Shown here: positions 8,315 to 16,570 of the stretch, piece by piece
Layout of the letters: each line of letters starts with the position of its first letter
Numbering within the stretch: the stretch's first letter is position 1
Assembly: GCA_017556705.1 (NCBI GenBank)
Contig: JAFYMG010000004.1
Span: 12,946 to 76,945, forward strand
Origin: Paludibacteraceae bacterium
Lineage (GTDB): Bacteria; Bacteroidota; Bacteroidia; Bacteroidales; Paludibacteraceae
Direction: 5' to 3'
Length of the DNA stretch: 64,000 nt
Position numbers and translations under genes: made by a program
Notes under the pieces: generated by a model
Seen by the model: the letters and a program-made list of their open reading frames with translations, nothing else
Told to the model about the DNA's origin: nothing
Databases searched by the model: none

Positions 8315-9115
8315 ATGAGCAAATTAACTCCAGTTATGACTGCTTTGCGCAGTAATTTAGTCTTTATGTTGGTAATCCCAGTTTTTTGGTTGTCATTTGT
8401 CTTGCTTTATCAGCCGATGAACCTCGTCAACCTATTGAATATGGGTGGGGATAAGTTGAATTTCAACACCACAATTATCATGTGCATCCTATTGGGAGTA
8501 ATGATTATTTCTCGAGGGGTGTTTATGGCCATACATCGTACATTAAAGATGAATTGGTGGAAGATGGTTGTATGGGAATTGGTGGAGTTGCTCACAATGA
8601 GCTTGTTTACGGCGCTTTATCTCACGTTGATGTACCAAGGGGTTTTTACGTATTTTCAAATGGTTGGGCAAATGCTGTTTTACTTGTTTATTATCACAAT
8701 CTTTCCGTATGTTATATTCGATTTGGCATTTGCCTATAGGGGTGTGCTTGAGCAAGATACGATATATGATGAAAGTTTGATGCGTTTTGTGGATAGCACC
8801 CAAAAACTAAAATTAATGATTGCTTCTTCCGCAGTTTTGTATATCGAGGCGGATGAAAACTATGTGCATGTGCGATATATGGAAGGTGAGAGGCAGAAGG
8901 ATTATCCACTGCGTGCGTCTATGAAGTCCCTCGAGGAATTAATGCAGAAGCATGGGCTGATACGTTGTCAGCGTAGTTACTATATTAATCCGCAGCATAT
9001 CAAAGTGTTACGTCGAGATAAGGATGGTATGATATCGGCCGAATTGGATGTGCCAAATCAAAAGTCAATTCCAGTTTCTCCAAGATACTATGATTCTCTG
9101 GCTAAATGGCTGTAA
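8315..9115 (+). CDS. Membrane-anchored LytTR-domain DNA-binding protein
   Basis: Four N-terminal TM helices, then a LytTR signature LYIEADENYVHVRY...RSYYINPQHI. Confidence 0.8.
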   Translation: MSKLTPVMTALRSNLVFMLVIPVFWLSFVLLYQPMNLVNLLNMGGDKLNFNTTIIMCILLGVMIISRGVFMAIHRTLKMNWWKMVVWELVELLTMSLFTALYLTLMYQGVFTYFQMVGQMLFYLFIITIFPYVIFDLAFAYRGVLEQDTIYDESLMRFVDSTQKLKLMIASSAVLYIEADENYVHVRYMEGERQKDYPLRASMKSLEELMQKHGLIRCQRSYYINPQHIKVLRRDKDGMISAELDVPNQKSIPVSPRYYDSLAKWL

Positions 9116-9154
9116 TTAGTTAGTGATTCGGAAACTGTTGTACAAAAATAGTAA

Positions 9155-9203
9155 ATTGTAGATAGTAAATTTTGTAAATTGTAAATATTTTCGTACCTTT
9201 GCA
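9155..9203 (+). promoter_or_regulatory. 49-bp promoter cassette (TTGTAAAT repeats plus TACCTTTG at 9194-9201) driving miaB
   Basis: attgtagatagtaaattttgtaaattgtaaatattttcgtacctttgca. About 43 of 49 positions match the reverse complement of 45109-45157 by manual alignment. The -7 box ends 5 nt before ATG 9206. Confidence 0.6.
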
Positions 9204-9205
9204 GC

Positions 9206-10528
9206 ATGAAAAAGTTTTATATAGAAACATACGGCTGTCAGATGAACGTGGCAGACAGCGAAGTGGTTGCAGCAATCATGCAAACCACTGATTGTGAGCT
9301 GACTGAGGAACTCGCCAATGCTGATATTGTGATTCTTAACACTTGTTCCATTCGTGATAATGCAGAGCAAAAAGTACAACATCGCCTGCAAGAACTGAAT
9401 GGCAAAAGTGGAAAGGGAAAGATTATTGGCGTGATCGGTTGTATGGCAGAGCGTATGGGTGAAGAGTTGGTACGTGATTTGGGTGTGGATTTTGTGGCGG
9501 GGCCAGATGCGTATATGGATATACCTAACTTGTTGGCAATGTGTGAGAAAGGATTACCTGCAATCAATGTTGAGTTGAGTACTACAGAAACTTATCGCGA
9601 GGTGATGCCTGCACGTATAGGTAAGCAAATATCTGGTTTTGTGAGCATTATGCGTGGATGTAATAATTTCTGTTCGTATTGTATAGTGCCTTACACTCGT
9701 GGTAGAGAGCGCAGTCGTGATGTGGAGAGTATCTTGAATGAGGTGCGTGATTTGCAGGAGAAGGGATATAAGGAGGTGACATTGCTCGGTCAGAACGTTA
9801 ATAGTTATAAGTACGTGCGCGCACGCGAGAATGGTAGTGAAGAGGTGATAGGATTTGCACAATTGCTTGCACAGGTAGCAGAGACAGTGCCAGATATGCG
9901 TATCCGTTTCACTACATCCCATCCCAAAGACATGTCGGATGAAACATTGGAGGTGATTGCACGCTATAAAAACTTGTGTAAGTTTATTCATTTACCAGTA
10001 CAAAGTGGTTCAAACAAAATTCTAAAATCCATGAACCGCAAATATACTCGCGAGTGGTATTTAGATCGTATAGCTGCAATTCGCAGAATCATCCCCGACG
10101 CTGCAATCGGTACGGATGTGTTCTGCGGTTTCCATGACGAGAGTATAGAAGATCATCAAGAGACACTCTCGCTCATGCGAGAAGTAGGATTTGATACGGC
10201 TTTTATGTTCAAGTATAGCGAACGCCCAGGCACGCATGCGCAGAAATATCTACCTGATAATATTTCAGAAGAGGAAAAAGTGAGACGTCTTAATGAGATT
10301 ATTGCGCTGCAAAATCAATTGTCCCTGGAGAGTAACCAACGAGAGATTGGTAAGGTGGTGGAAGTGTTGGTGGAAGGGTATTCCAAACGCAGCCGTGAGG
10401 ATATGTATGGCAGAACATCGCAGTATAAGACAGTAGTTTTCCCTCGCCAAGGACGCAAGATAGGAGAGTTTGTACAAGTGAAAATAGAGGAAGCTAGTGC
10501 TGCTACTTTGAAGGGAAAACTTGTATAA
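9206..10528 (+). CDS. miaB: tRNA-i6A37 methylthiotransferase MiaB
   Basis: N-terminal YIETYGCQMN, radical-SAM CNNFCSYC and a C-terminal TRAM domain. Confidence 0.92.
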   Translation: MKKFYIETYGCQMNVADSEVVAAIMQTTDCELTEELANADIVILNTCSIRDNAEQKVQHRLQELNGKSGKGKIIGVIGCMAERMGEELVRDLGVDFVAGPDAYMDIPNLLAMCEKGLPAINVELSTTETYREVMPARIGKQISGFVSIMRGCNNFCSYCIVPYTRGRERSRDVESILNEVRDLQEKGYKEVTLLGQNVNSYKYVRARENGSEEVIGFAQLLAQVAETVPDMRIRFTTSHPKDMSDETLEVIARYKNLCKFIHLPVQSGSNKILKSMNRKYTREWYLDRIAAIRRIIPDAAIGTDVFCGFHDESIEDHQETLSLMREVGFDTAFMFKYSERPGTHAQKYLPDNISEEEKVRRLNEIIALQNQLSLESNQREIGKVVEVLVEGYSKRSREDMYGRTSQYKTVVFPRQGRKIGEFVQVKIEEASAATLKGKLV

Positions 10529-10616
10529 ATGGTTGATTTTAAGGTTAAATAATAGGTTTTTTAATCAAAAAAGGCATTTTTTTACTAAAAAATTTGCATG
10601 ATTGATAAAAATATAG

Positions 10617-10624
10617 TACCTTTG
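10617..10624 (+). promoter_or_regulatory. -7 box TACCTTTG with -33 TTTG (10593-10596) for the greA leader
   Basis: Canonical spacing of about 20 nt between TTTG and TAnnTTTG. Lies about 250 nt upstream of the greA ATG. Confidence 0.55.
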
Positions 10625-10754
10625 CACTCGAAAACAATAAATTTTCATAGTTAAGGTTTAGGTTTAATGGCAACGAGAGGCTGGGAAGTTTCTCGTTGTT
10701 TCTTAAACAATCGCAAAAAATGAAGATATTGTTTTCTTATTTTTTTGTGCAAAT

Positions 10755-10868
10755 ATGAACGAATTAGATAAAACTACACAAGAAAATCCATTACTCATTG
10801 ACATGAGTGATACAGAGGAAGCTCGCAAAGCATTTATTGCGAGCGAAATTTTTAATCGTAAATACTAA
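10755..10868 (+). CDS. Possible 37-aa leader/small protein (MNELDKTTQENPLLIDMSDTEEARKAFIASEIFNRKY)
   Basis: ATG-to-TAA ORF below the 60-aa track cutoff, ending 8 nt before greA. No family recognised. Coding status unproven. Confidence 0.3.
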   Translation: MNELDKTTQENPLLIDMSDTEEARKAFIASEIFNRKY

Positions 10869-10876
10869 AGAGAAAT

Positions 10877-11347
10877 ATGGCAACAACTTACATGACCGCA
10901 GAAGGTCTGCAAAAATTAAAAGATGAGCTCCAATTCTTGGAGTCAGTGGAGCGTCCTCGCGTGATTGCAGCTATTGCAGAAGCACGTGATAAAGGTGATT
11001 TGAGCGAAAATGCTGAATACGATGCAGCAAAAGAGGAGCAAGGTATCTTGGAGAGCAAGATATCGTTGATCAAATCAAAGATTGTGGATGCTCGTATTAT
11101 TGATGAGACTGATATCAATACAGATGAAGTACAAATCTTGACTAAGGTACGCGTATTGAACTTGAAAACCAATCAAGAGAAAGTATATCAATTGGTTACC
11201 GAGGGTGAGGCAAACGTAGCAGAAGGTAAATTGGCTACTACCACTCCTATTGCCAAAGGTCTGCTTGGCAAGAAAGTGGGCGATATCGCAGAGGTAGTAG
11301 TTCCTGCTGGTAAATTGCAATTTAAGGTATTGGAAATCAGTATCTAA
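10877..11347 (+). CDS. greA: Transcription elongation factor GreA
   Basis: MTAEGLQKLKDEL...GDLSENAEYDAAKEEQ coiled-coil with acidic tip, plus a C-terminal FKBP-like domain. Confidence 0.95.
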   Translation: MATTYMTAEGLQKLKDELQFLESVERPRVIAAIAEARDKGDLSENAEYDAAKEEQGILESKISLIKSKIVDARIIDETDINTDEVQILTKVRVLNLKTNQEKVYQLVTEGEANVAEGKLATTTPIAKGLLGKKVGDIAEVVVPAGKLQFKVLEISI

Positions 11348-11365
11348 TGATCAATAGGAAGAGCT

Positions 11366-11770
11366 ATGACTATTTTCACTAAGATTATCAAAGGAGAGAT
11401 TCCAAGCTACAAAGTAGCGGAGAATGACAAGTTTTATGCCTTTTTGGATATCAATCCATTGCAAAAAGGACATACATTAATTGTGCCTAAATTAGCAGAA
11501 CCAGAAGCTGACTATATCTTTGATTTAGACGATGATATCTTGAGCGAGATGTTGGTGTTCTCTAAGCAAGTAGCCCATGGTATCAAGGCTGCAACAGATT
11601 GCAAGCGTGTGGGTGTAGCTGTGATTGGTTTGGAAGTGCCACATGTGCATATGCATTTGATTCCAATCAATAAGGAGGGTGATATGTCATTCGCCAATCC
11701 AAAGATGACATTGCCTTCTGAAGAAATGGCGGAAATAGCCAAGTCAATCGTTGAAGCGATAGAATGTTAA
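11366..11770 (+). CDS. HIT family (histidine triad) protein
   Basis: Histidine triad HVHMHLIP and the N-terminal IFTKIIKGEIP motif. Confidence 0.9.
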   Translation: MTIFTKIIKGEIPSYKVAENDKFYAFLDINPLQKGHTLIVPKLAEPEADYIFDLDDDILSEMLVFSKQVAHGIKAATDCKRVGVAVIGLEVPHVHMHLIPINKEGDMSFANPKMTLPSEEMAEIAKSIVEAIEC

Positions 11771-11779
11771 GATAAAAAA

Positions 11780-11805
11780 ATGACTGCAATCGCAGTCATT
11801 TTTTA
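11780..11805. terminator. Bidirectional rho-independent terminator
   Basis: Stem atgactgc/gcagtcat with loop aatc, A-run before and T-run after. Lies between the convergent HIT and DUF2147 genes. Confidence 0.75.
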
Positions 11806-11826
11806 TTTCTTGTTTGTTGAAGCAGA

Positions 11827-12258
11827 TTACTTAGGCAACCATGTTTGGCTTCTTCCTAAGATTCCTGCTTTGTCTAAAGAGCCGCGAAGGATGAGCTTTC
11901 CGTTTTTTAAATATACTTTCGCGTAATAGAACTTGCCATTATCCGGATCTAGTACTTTACCTCCGCGCAGTTCACCATCTTTTAGTTGCATGTCACGAAT
12001 GATGGTCAGGCCAACGATAGGTTGGTTATGCTCTGCTCCCTCACATGCTTCGCAAACTGCGGTTTCAGCATTAGGACCAAATAATTGGATAATATCACCA
12101 TAATACTTTCCATTGTTAGCTTGATAAATAAGCACAACTGATTTTTGCTCCCCTGTAGCATCATCCACGGTAATCCACTCGCCCAAAATAGGTGTTTGAG
12201 CCAACATTGTAGTAGCAAAAAATAGTGCTACAACAAGAAAAAGATTTCGTTTTTTCAT
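11827..12258 (-). CDS. DUF2147 domain-containing secreted protein
   Basis: Signal peptide, then GEW...DDATGE and VLDPDNGKFYYAKVYLKNGKLILRG, as in DUF2147. Confidence 0.7.
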   Translation of the reverse strand: MKKRNLFLVVALFFATTMLAQTPILGEWITVDDATGEQKSVVLIYQANNGKYYGDIIQLFGPNAETAVCEACEGAEHNQPIVGLTIIRDMQLKDGELRGGKVLDPDNGKFYYAKVYLKNGKLILRGSLDKAGILGRSQTWLPK

Positions 12259-12303
12259 AATTTTGACTATTTGTTTATAGGGTTATTATTTGAAAACTTG
12301 CGG

Positions 12304-12311
12304 CAAAAATA
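12304..12311 (-). promoter_or_regulatory. -7 promoter box TATTTTTG (DUF2147 gene)
   Basis: TAnnTTTG match 46 nt upstream of ATG 12258. Confidence 0.45.
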
Positions 12312-12374
12312 CAAAAAAAAACTTGAATATACCAAATATATAGCGAAATATTTTGTTATTTGCCCAAAAATCAG

Positions 12375-12382
12375 TAATTTTG
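12375..12382 (+). promoter_or_regulatory. -7 promoter box TAATTTTG (rdgB)
   Basis: TAnnTTTG match 27 nt upstream of ATG 12409. Confidence 0.55.
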
Positions 12383-12408
12383 CGGGGTGATTAAGTGACT
12401 AAAAAAGT

Positions 12409-13011
12409 ATGAAATTAGTATTTGCTTCAAATAATAAACACAAATTGGAAGAGGTTCGTCAGATACTTCCTACCCATGTAGAAGTAATTAGTTTGCGAGA
12501 GATTGGTTTCGTGCAGGATATTGATGAAACTGGCACAACGTTAGAAGAGAATTCCGCATTAAAGGCTCGAGAAGTATGGAATTGGTTAACTGATAATTCC
12601 TTATTAGACAGCGTTGATGGCGTGTTTGCTGACGATACAGGTTTGGAAATAAGTGCGTTAGGTGGTGCTCCTGGTGTGCGTACTGCTCGTTGGGCGGGTG
12701 ATGAAGCATGCGATATGAACAACCGACAAAAAGCGTTACACGAATTGGCGGGTGTGAAGGATAGAGCTGCACGTTTTAGAACGGTTGTATCTTTGATTAT
12801 AAAGGGAGAGATGCAACAAGTAGAGGGTATTGTGAATGGAGAGATAGCAATAGAAGAAGAGGGGGATGGTGGTTTTGGATATGATCCTGTGTTTATTCCA
12901 GAGGGTTATAACAATACATTCGCATCTCTATCTTCTGAGGAAAAAAATGCTGTTAGCCATAGAGGTAGAGCGATGGAAGCATTGCGAAAATTGATTGATA
13001 ATATAGGGTAA
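12409..13011 (+). CDS. rdgB: RdgB/HAM1 non-canonical purine NTP pyrophosphatase
   Basis: FASNNKHKLEE, DDTGLE, FGYDPVF and SHRGRA motifs. Confidence 0.92.
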   Translation: MKLVFASNNKHKLEEVRQILPTHVEVISLREIGFVQDIDETGTTLEENSALKAREVWNWLTDNSLLDSVDGVFADDTGLEISALGGAPGVRTARWAGDEACDMNNRQKALHELAGVKDRAARFRTVVSLIIKGEMQQVEGIVNGEIAIEEEGDGGFGYDPVFIPEGYNNTFASLSSEEKNAVSHRGRAMEALRKLIDNIG

Positions 13012-13021
13012 TGGTTTGATC

Positions 13022-15460
13022 ATGAGGAGGATATTTTTTGTTTTTGGGTTACTCCTGCTTTGTGTGGGAAATATGTTTGCTGAAAAAGATCAGCGTACTG
13101 ATGTCGTGCCAAGTTGGGACATCTTTGATGAGGATGAAACATATGGTAATATGTATCGTTGGCGTTCTCATGCAGCATTTACTCAAATAAATGAAGTCGT
13201 TGTGATGGGAGATAAAGCATATGGTTTATCTTCAAATTCATTATTTTCAGTAAATAAACAGGACGGAGAGATAGAATATTATACCAAATTAAATGGGTTG
13301 AGTAGTTCAGTAATTGATCATATTGCATATAATGAAGAGTTAGATCGAATGTTGATTACTTATCGAAATGGACAAATTGATATTATGACATCCGATGAAA
13401 ATGTACACAATATATCTGATTTATTTTTAAAGCAAATAAGTGCATCTAAACAAGTAAATGATATTTGTATGTACCAAGATAAGGCCATCTTAGCCATGAG
13501 TTTTGGCCTGTTGGTCGTAGATATGAAAAAAGTAGAAATATCAGATACATACTATATTGGAAATAATGGTTCGGAAGTAGATGTTGATTATGTTACGGTG
13601 ACAACTGAAGCAATATATGCGGCTACGAATGAGTACATATATACGGCTGATTTAACGGACAATTTACTAGATTATGAGTATTGGAAAGTTCTTTCATTTC
13701 CAAAAGGAAAAGTAAATGGTATGCGAACCCACCAAAATGCAGTGCATTTATTGGTAAATCAAAAGTTGTATATTTTACAAGGAAATGATTGGTCACCAGT
13801 ATCGGTAGGCGCAAAAAATCCGCCACTTTTCCGTCATCTATGTGCAACTAAAAATAGTTTGTATGCTTTGCCAAATAATAGATATGGTGTTTGGAAAGTA
13901 GATTCAAATATGGTGAATTTACATTTGACCTACGCCTATAATTATGCTATACAAGAGGATGGTAATGCATATTGGCTGGGATCAAGTGATAATGGATTAA
14001 TTCATCTTTATGGGTCAAAAGCTCCTGAATATCAGACTGATATCCAAGAGTATTATCCTGATGGACCAATAAATAATTTTGCATATCGATTGCGTTTTTT
14101 TGATGATAAATTATATATGTTGCCCGGAGGAAGATGGGCCAGTGAGTATAAACGTCCAGGAGATATTATGATTTATGAAGATGGTATATGGACTAATATC
14201 AAGAATGCTGATTTGGTAAAGGCTGCAAATGGACATAAATTATATGATTTCATGAATGTGGCGCAGGATCCAAATGATGCAAGTCATTACTTTGTCACTA
14301 CATATGGTACCGGGTTGCTAGAGATGAGGGATACTAATGTGATAAAAATTCATTTACCGTCTAATAGTAAACTTGTTTCCGCAGCACCAGCTTATCCAGA
14401 TTACTACACTCGAACAGATGGTGCTATGTATGATGATCAAGGTAATCTGTGGTTGTTAAATATGGGTGCTCCTAATGCAGAAAATGGGAAAATACATGTG
14501 ATATCACCTGATGGCGAATGGCATTCGTTTGAATTGTTGCGTAATCATTCAAGTATTGTTTTAAATACTGCAGGAGAAATATTGGTAGATAAGAGAAATC
14601 CACAATGGAAATGGATCCCTGTATTACGAGCGGATGCTGGTTTGATTCTGTTGCAAGATAATGGTACACCTATTAATCCACACGATGATAAGGTTACGTA
14701 TCGTAATGAGTGGGTGGACCAAAATAATAAACTAATTCAGCCGAATAATATCTATGCAATCGCGCAAGATTATGTAAATACGATTTGGGTTGGAACATCT
14801 TCTGGTATATTCGCAATACCTATGTCCGTTGATTTTACGGCTTCTAATCAATGCAAGCGTGTTGTTATTCGACGTAATGATGGCAGTGGATTAGGAGATT
14901 ATTTATTGGATAACGAGCAAATCAATGCGATTGCTGTTGATGGCGCAAATCGTTTATGGGTAGGCACCTCAAATTCGGGTGTTTATTTATTAAATCCAAT
15001 AGGATCAGTAGAAGATGATGTCAACTATACAATGGAAACAGTTGCTCATTTTACAACAAACAACTCTATATTGCCAACTGATGAAATAATATCTATTGCG
15101 ATTCAAGAGTCTTCTGGAGAAGTGTTTATTGGCACTAGCGGCGGATTAGTTTCTTACATGAGTGATGCTACTAAACCAGAGGAAACATATGATGAATTAT
15201 ATGCATATCCAAATCCGGTACATCCAACTTATCAAGGGTATATAACAATCAAAGGCCTAATGGATGATTCAGAGGTTCGGATTGTTGATGCAAGTGGTAA
15301 TCTTGTAAAAATCCTATATGGAACAGGGGGAACTGTAGTGTGGGATGGAACAAACGCCCAAGGACAACGTGTTGGTGCTGGAGTCTATACTGGTTTATGC
15401 AACACGAAGTCTGGCAGTGGACATGGCACTATAAAAATATTGATACTAAATAAGAACTAA
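13022..15460 (+). CDS. Beta-propeller (two-component regulator propeller type) protein with T9SS C-terminal sorting domain; PorZ-like
   Basis: Signal peptide, repeated propeller blades (e.g. IWVGTSSGIF, LWVGTSNSGVYLL) and a C-terminal CTD YPNPVHP...VRIVDASGNLV...GVYTG...KILILNK. The ORF track starts at TTG 13016; the ATG is at 13022. Confidence 0.75.
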   Translation: MRRIFFVFGLLLLCVGNMFAEKDQRTDVVPSWDIFDEDETYGNMYRWRSHAAFTQINEVVVMGDKAYGLSSNSLFSVNKQDGEIEYYTKLNGLSSSVIDHIAYNEELDRMLITYRNGQIDIMTSDENVHNISDLFLKQISASKQVNDICMYQDKAILAMSFGLLVVDMKKVEISDTYYIGNNGSEVDVDYVTVTTEAIYAATNEYIYTADLTDNLLDYEYWKVLSFPKGKVNGMRTHQNAVHLLVNQKLYILQGNDWSPVSVGAKNPPLFRHLCATKNSLYALPNNRYGVWKVDSNMVNLHLTYAYNYAIQEDGNAYWLGSSDNGLIHLYGSKAPEYQTDIQEYYPDGPINNFAYRLRFFDDKLYMLPGGRWASEYKRPGDIMIYEDGIWTNIKNADLVKAANGHKLYDFMNVAQDPNDASHYFVTTYGTGLLEMRDTNVIKIHLPSNSKLVSAAPAYPDYYTRTDGAMYDDQGNLWLLNMGAPNAENGKIHVISPDGEWHSFELLRNHSSIVLNTAGEILVDKRNPQWKWIPVLRADAGLILLQDNGTPINPHDDKVTYRNEWVDQNNKLIQPNNIYAIAQDYVNTIWVGTSSGIFAIPMSVDFTASNQCKRVVIRRNDGSGLGDYLLDNEQINAIAVDGANRLWVGTSNSGVYLLNPIGSVEDDVNYTMETVAHFTTNNSILPTDEIISIAIQESSGEVFIGTSGGLVSYMSDATKPEETYDELYAYPNPVHPTYQGYITIKGLMDDSEVRIVDASGNLVKILYGTGGTVVWDGTNAQGQRVGAGVYTGLCNTKSGSGHGTIKILILNKN

Positions 15461-15470
15461 TTTTTAGCAA

Positions 15471-16052
15471 TTAGTTCCGTATTAAATTCATAAATTCTTC
15501 TCTGGTTTCTTGACGGTTGAAAGCACCAGTAAAGTCACTAGTAGTGGTAATTGAATGAGGTTTTTGTACTCCGCGCATTTGCATACATAAGTGTTCGGCC
15601 TCAATTACAACCATTACTCCAAGAGGGTTTAGTGTATTTTGTATACATTCTTTGATTTGCATAGTCATACGCTCTTGGACTTGTAAACGATGGGCAAAAA
15701 CATCCACTACGCGAGCGATTTTGCTTAATCCTGTAATTTTACCATTAGGAATATAAGCCACATGAGCTTTACCAAAGAATGGTAAAATATGGTGTTCGCA
15801 TAATGAATAAAAGGGGATATCTTTTACTACCACCATTTGACGATAATCTTCTTCAAATAAGGCACTACGCAAAATTTCTTCGGCATCTTGTTGATAGCCT
15901 TGAGTCAGAAATTGCATAGCATCTCCTACGCGTGTGGGAGTTTTAAGTAAACCATCGCGGCTTGTGTCTTCGCCAATTAAGTGAAGTATTTGTTCAATAT
16001 GATGAGAAATCTTTTGGGTTGTATTATCCGAAGGAATAAATGGTGCAGTCAT
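15471..16052 (-). CDS. folE: GTP cyclohydrolase I
   Basis: [18 protein letters not shown] and the QERMT motif. Confidence 0.95.
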   Translation of the reverse strand: MTAPFIPSDNTTQKISHHIEQILHLIGEDTSRDGLLKTPTRVGDAMQFLTQGYQQDAEEILRSALFEEDYRQMVVVKDIPFYSLCEHHILPFFGKAHVAYIPNGKITGLSKIARVVDVFAHRLQVQERMTMQIKECIQNTLNPLGVMVVIEAEHLCMQMRGVQKPHSITTTSDFTGAFNRQETREEFMNLIRN

Positions 16053-16063
16053 AATTATAATCT

Positions 16064-16567
16064 CTAATTAAGAACAATGATTTGATCTGGTACAATGTAT
16101 GTACTACTTTGTAATTCAGGACACAAGTCAAGTAATGATTCTTTGTATTGATTGGCATCTTCGCGTGTTCGAAAATTACCAATACGTACTTTCCAAAATG
16201 GAGGCTCCGAAACTACATATACAGGTTGAGAAAGTTTTTTTTCTAATTCCTGTTGTAGCAATATAGATTCATTTTTAGCTCGTTGTTGTAGATTAGAAGA
16301 ATAGACTTGTACACGGAAACCACTTACCTCTTGTTGACCTCGTTCGATACCAAGATATTTATCCATCATGAGTCGATAGATAGAAGAATCTTGATGAACT
16401 ATAGCATGTTCCATTATGTCAGTTAGCAGAGTGATGGCTGTTGTATCATTCTCTGTGATACTATCCGATGTAATTAATTCTTCTTCGAGAAATAAACTAT
16501 CTAGATTTTGTGCGAATACATGCCCTCCAATGATTATGCATGCAATAAATAAAAAGATATGTTTCAT
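16064..16567 (-). CDS. SPOR domain-containing protein
   Basis: Signal peptide and a C-terminal SPOR-like GFRVQVYSS...[17 protein letters not shown]. Confidence 0.7.
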   Translation of the reverse strand: MKHIFLFIACIIIGGHVFAQNLDSLFLEEELITSDSITENDTTAITLLTDIMEHAIVHQDSSIYRLMMDKYLGIERGQQEVSGFRVQVYSSNLQQRAKNESILLQQELEKKLSQPVYVVSEPPFWKVRIGNFRTREDANQYKESLLDLCPELQSSTYIVPDQIIVLN

Positions 16568-16570
16568 ATT

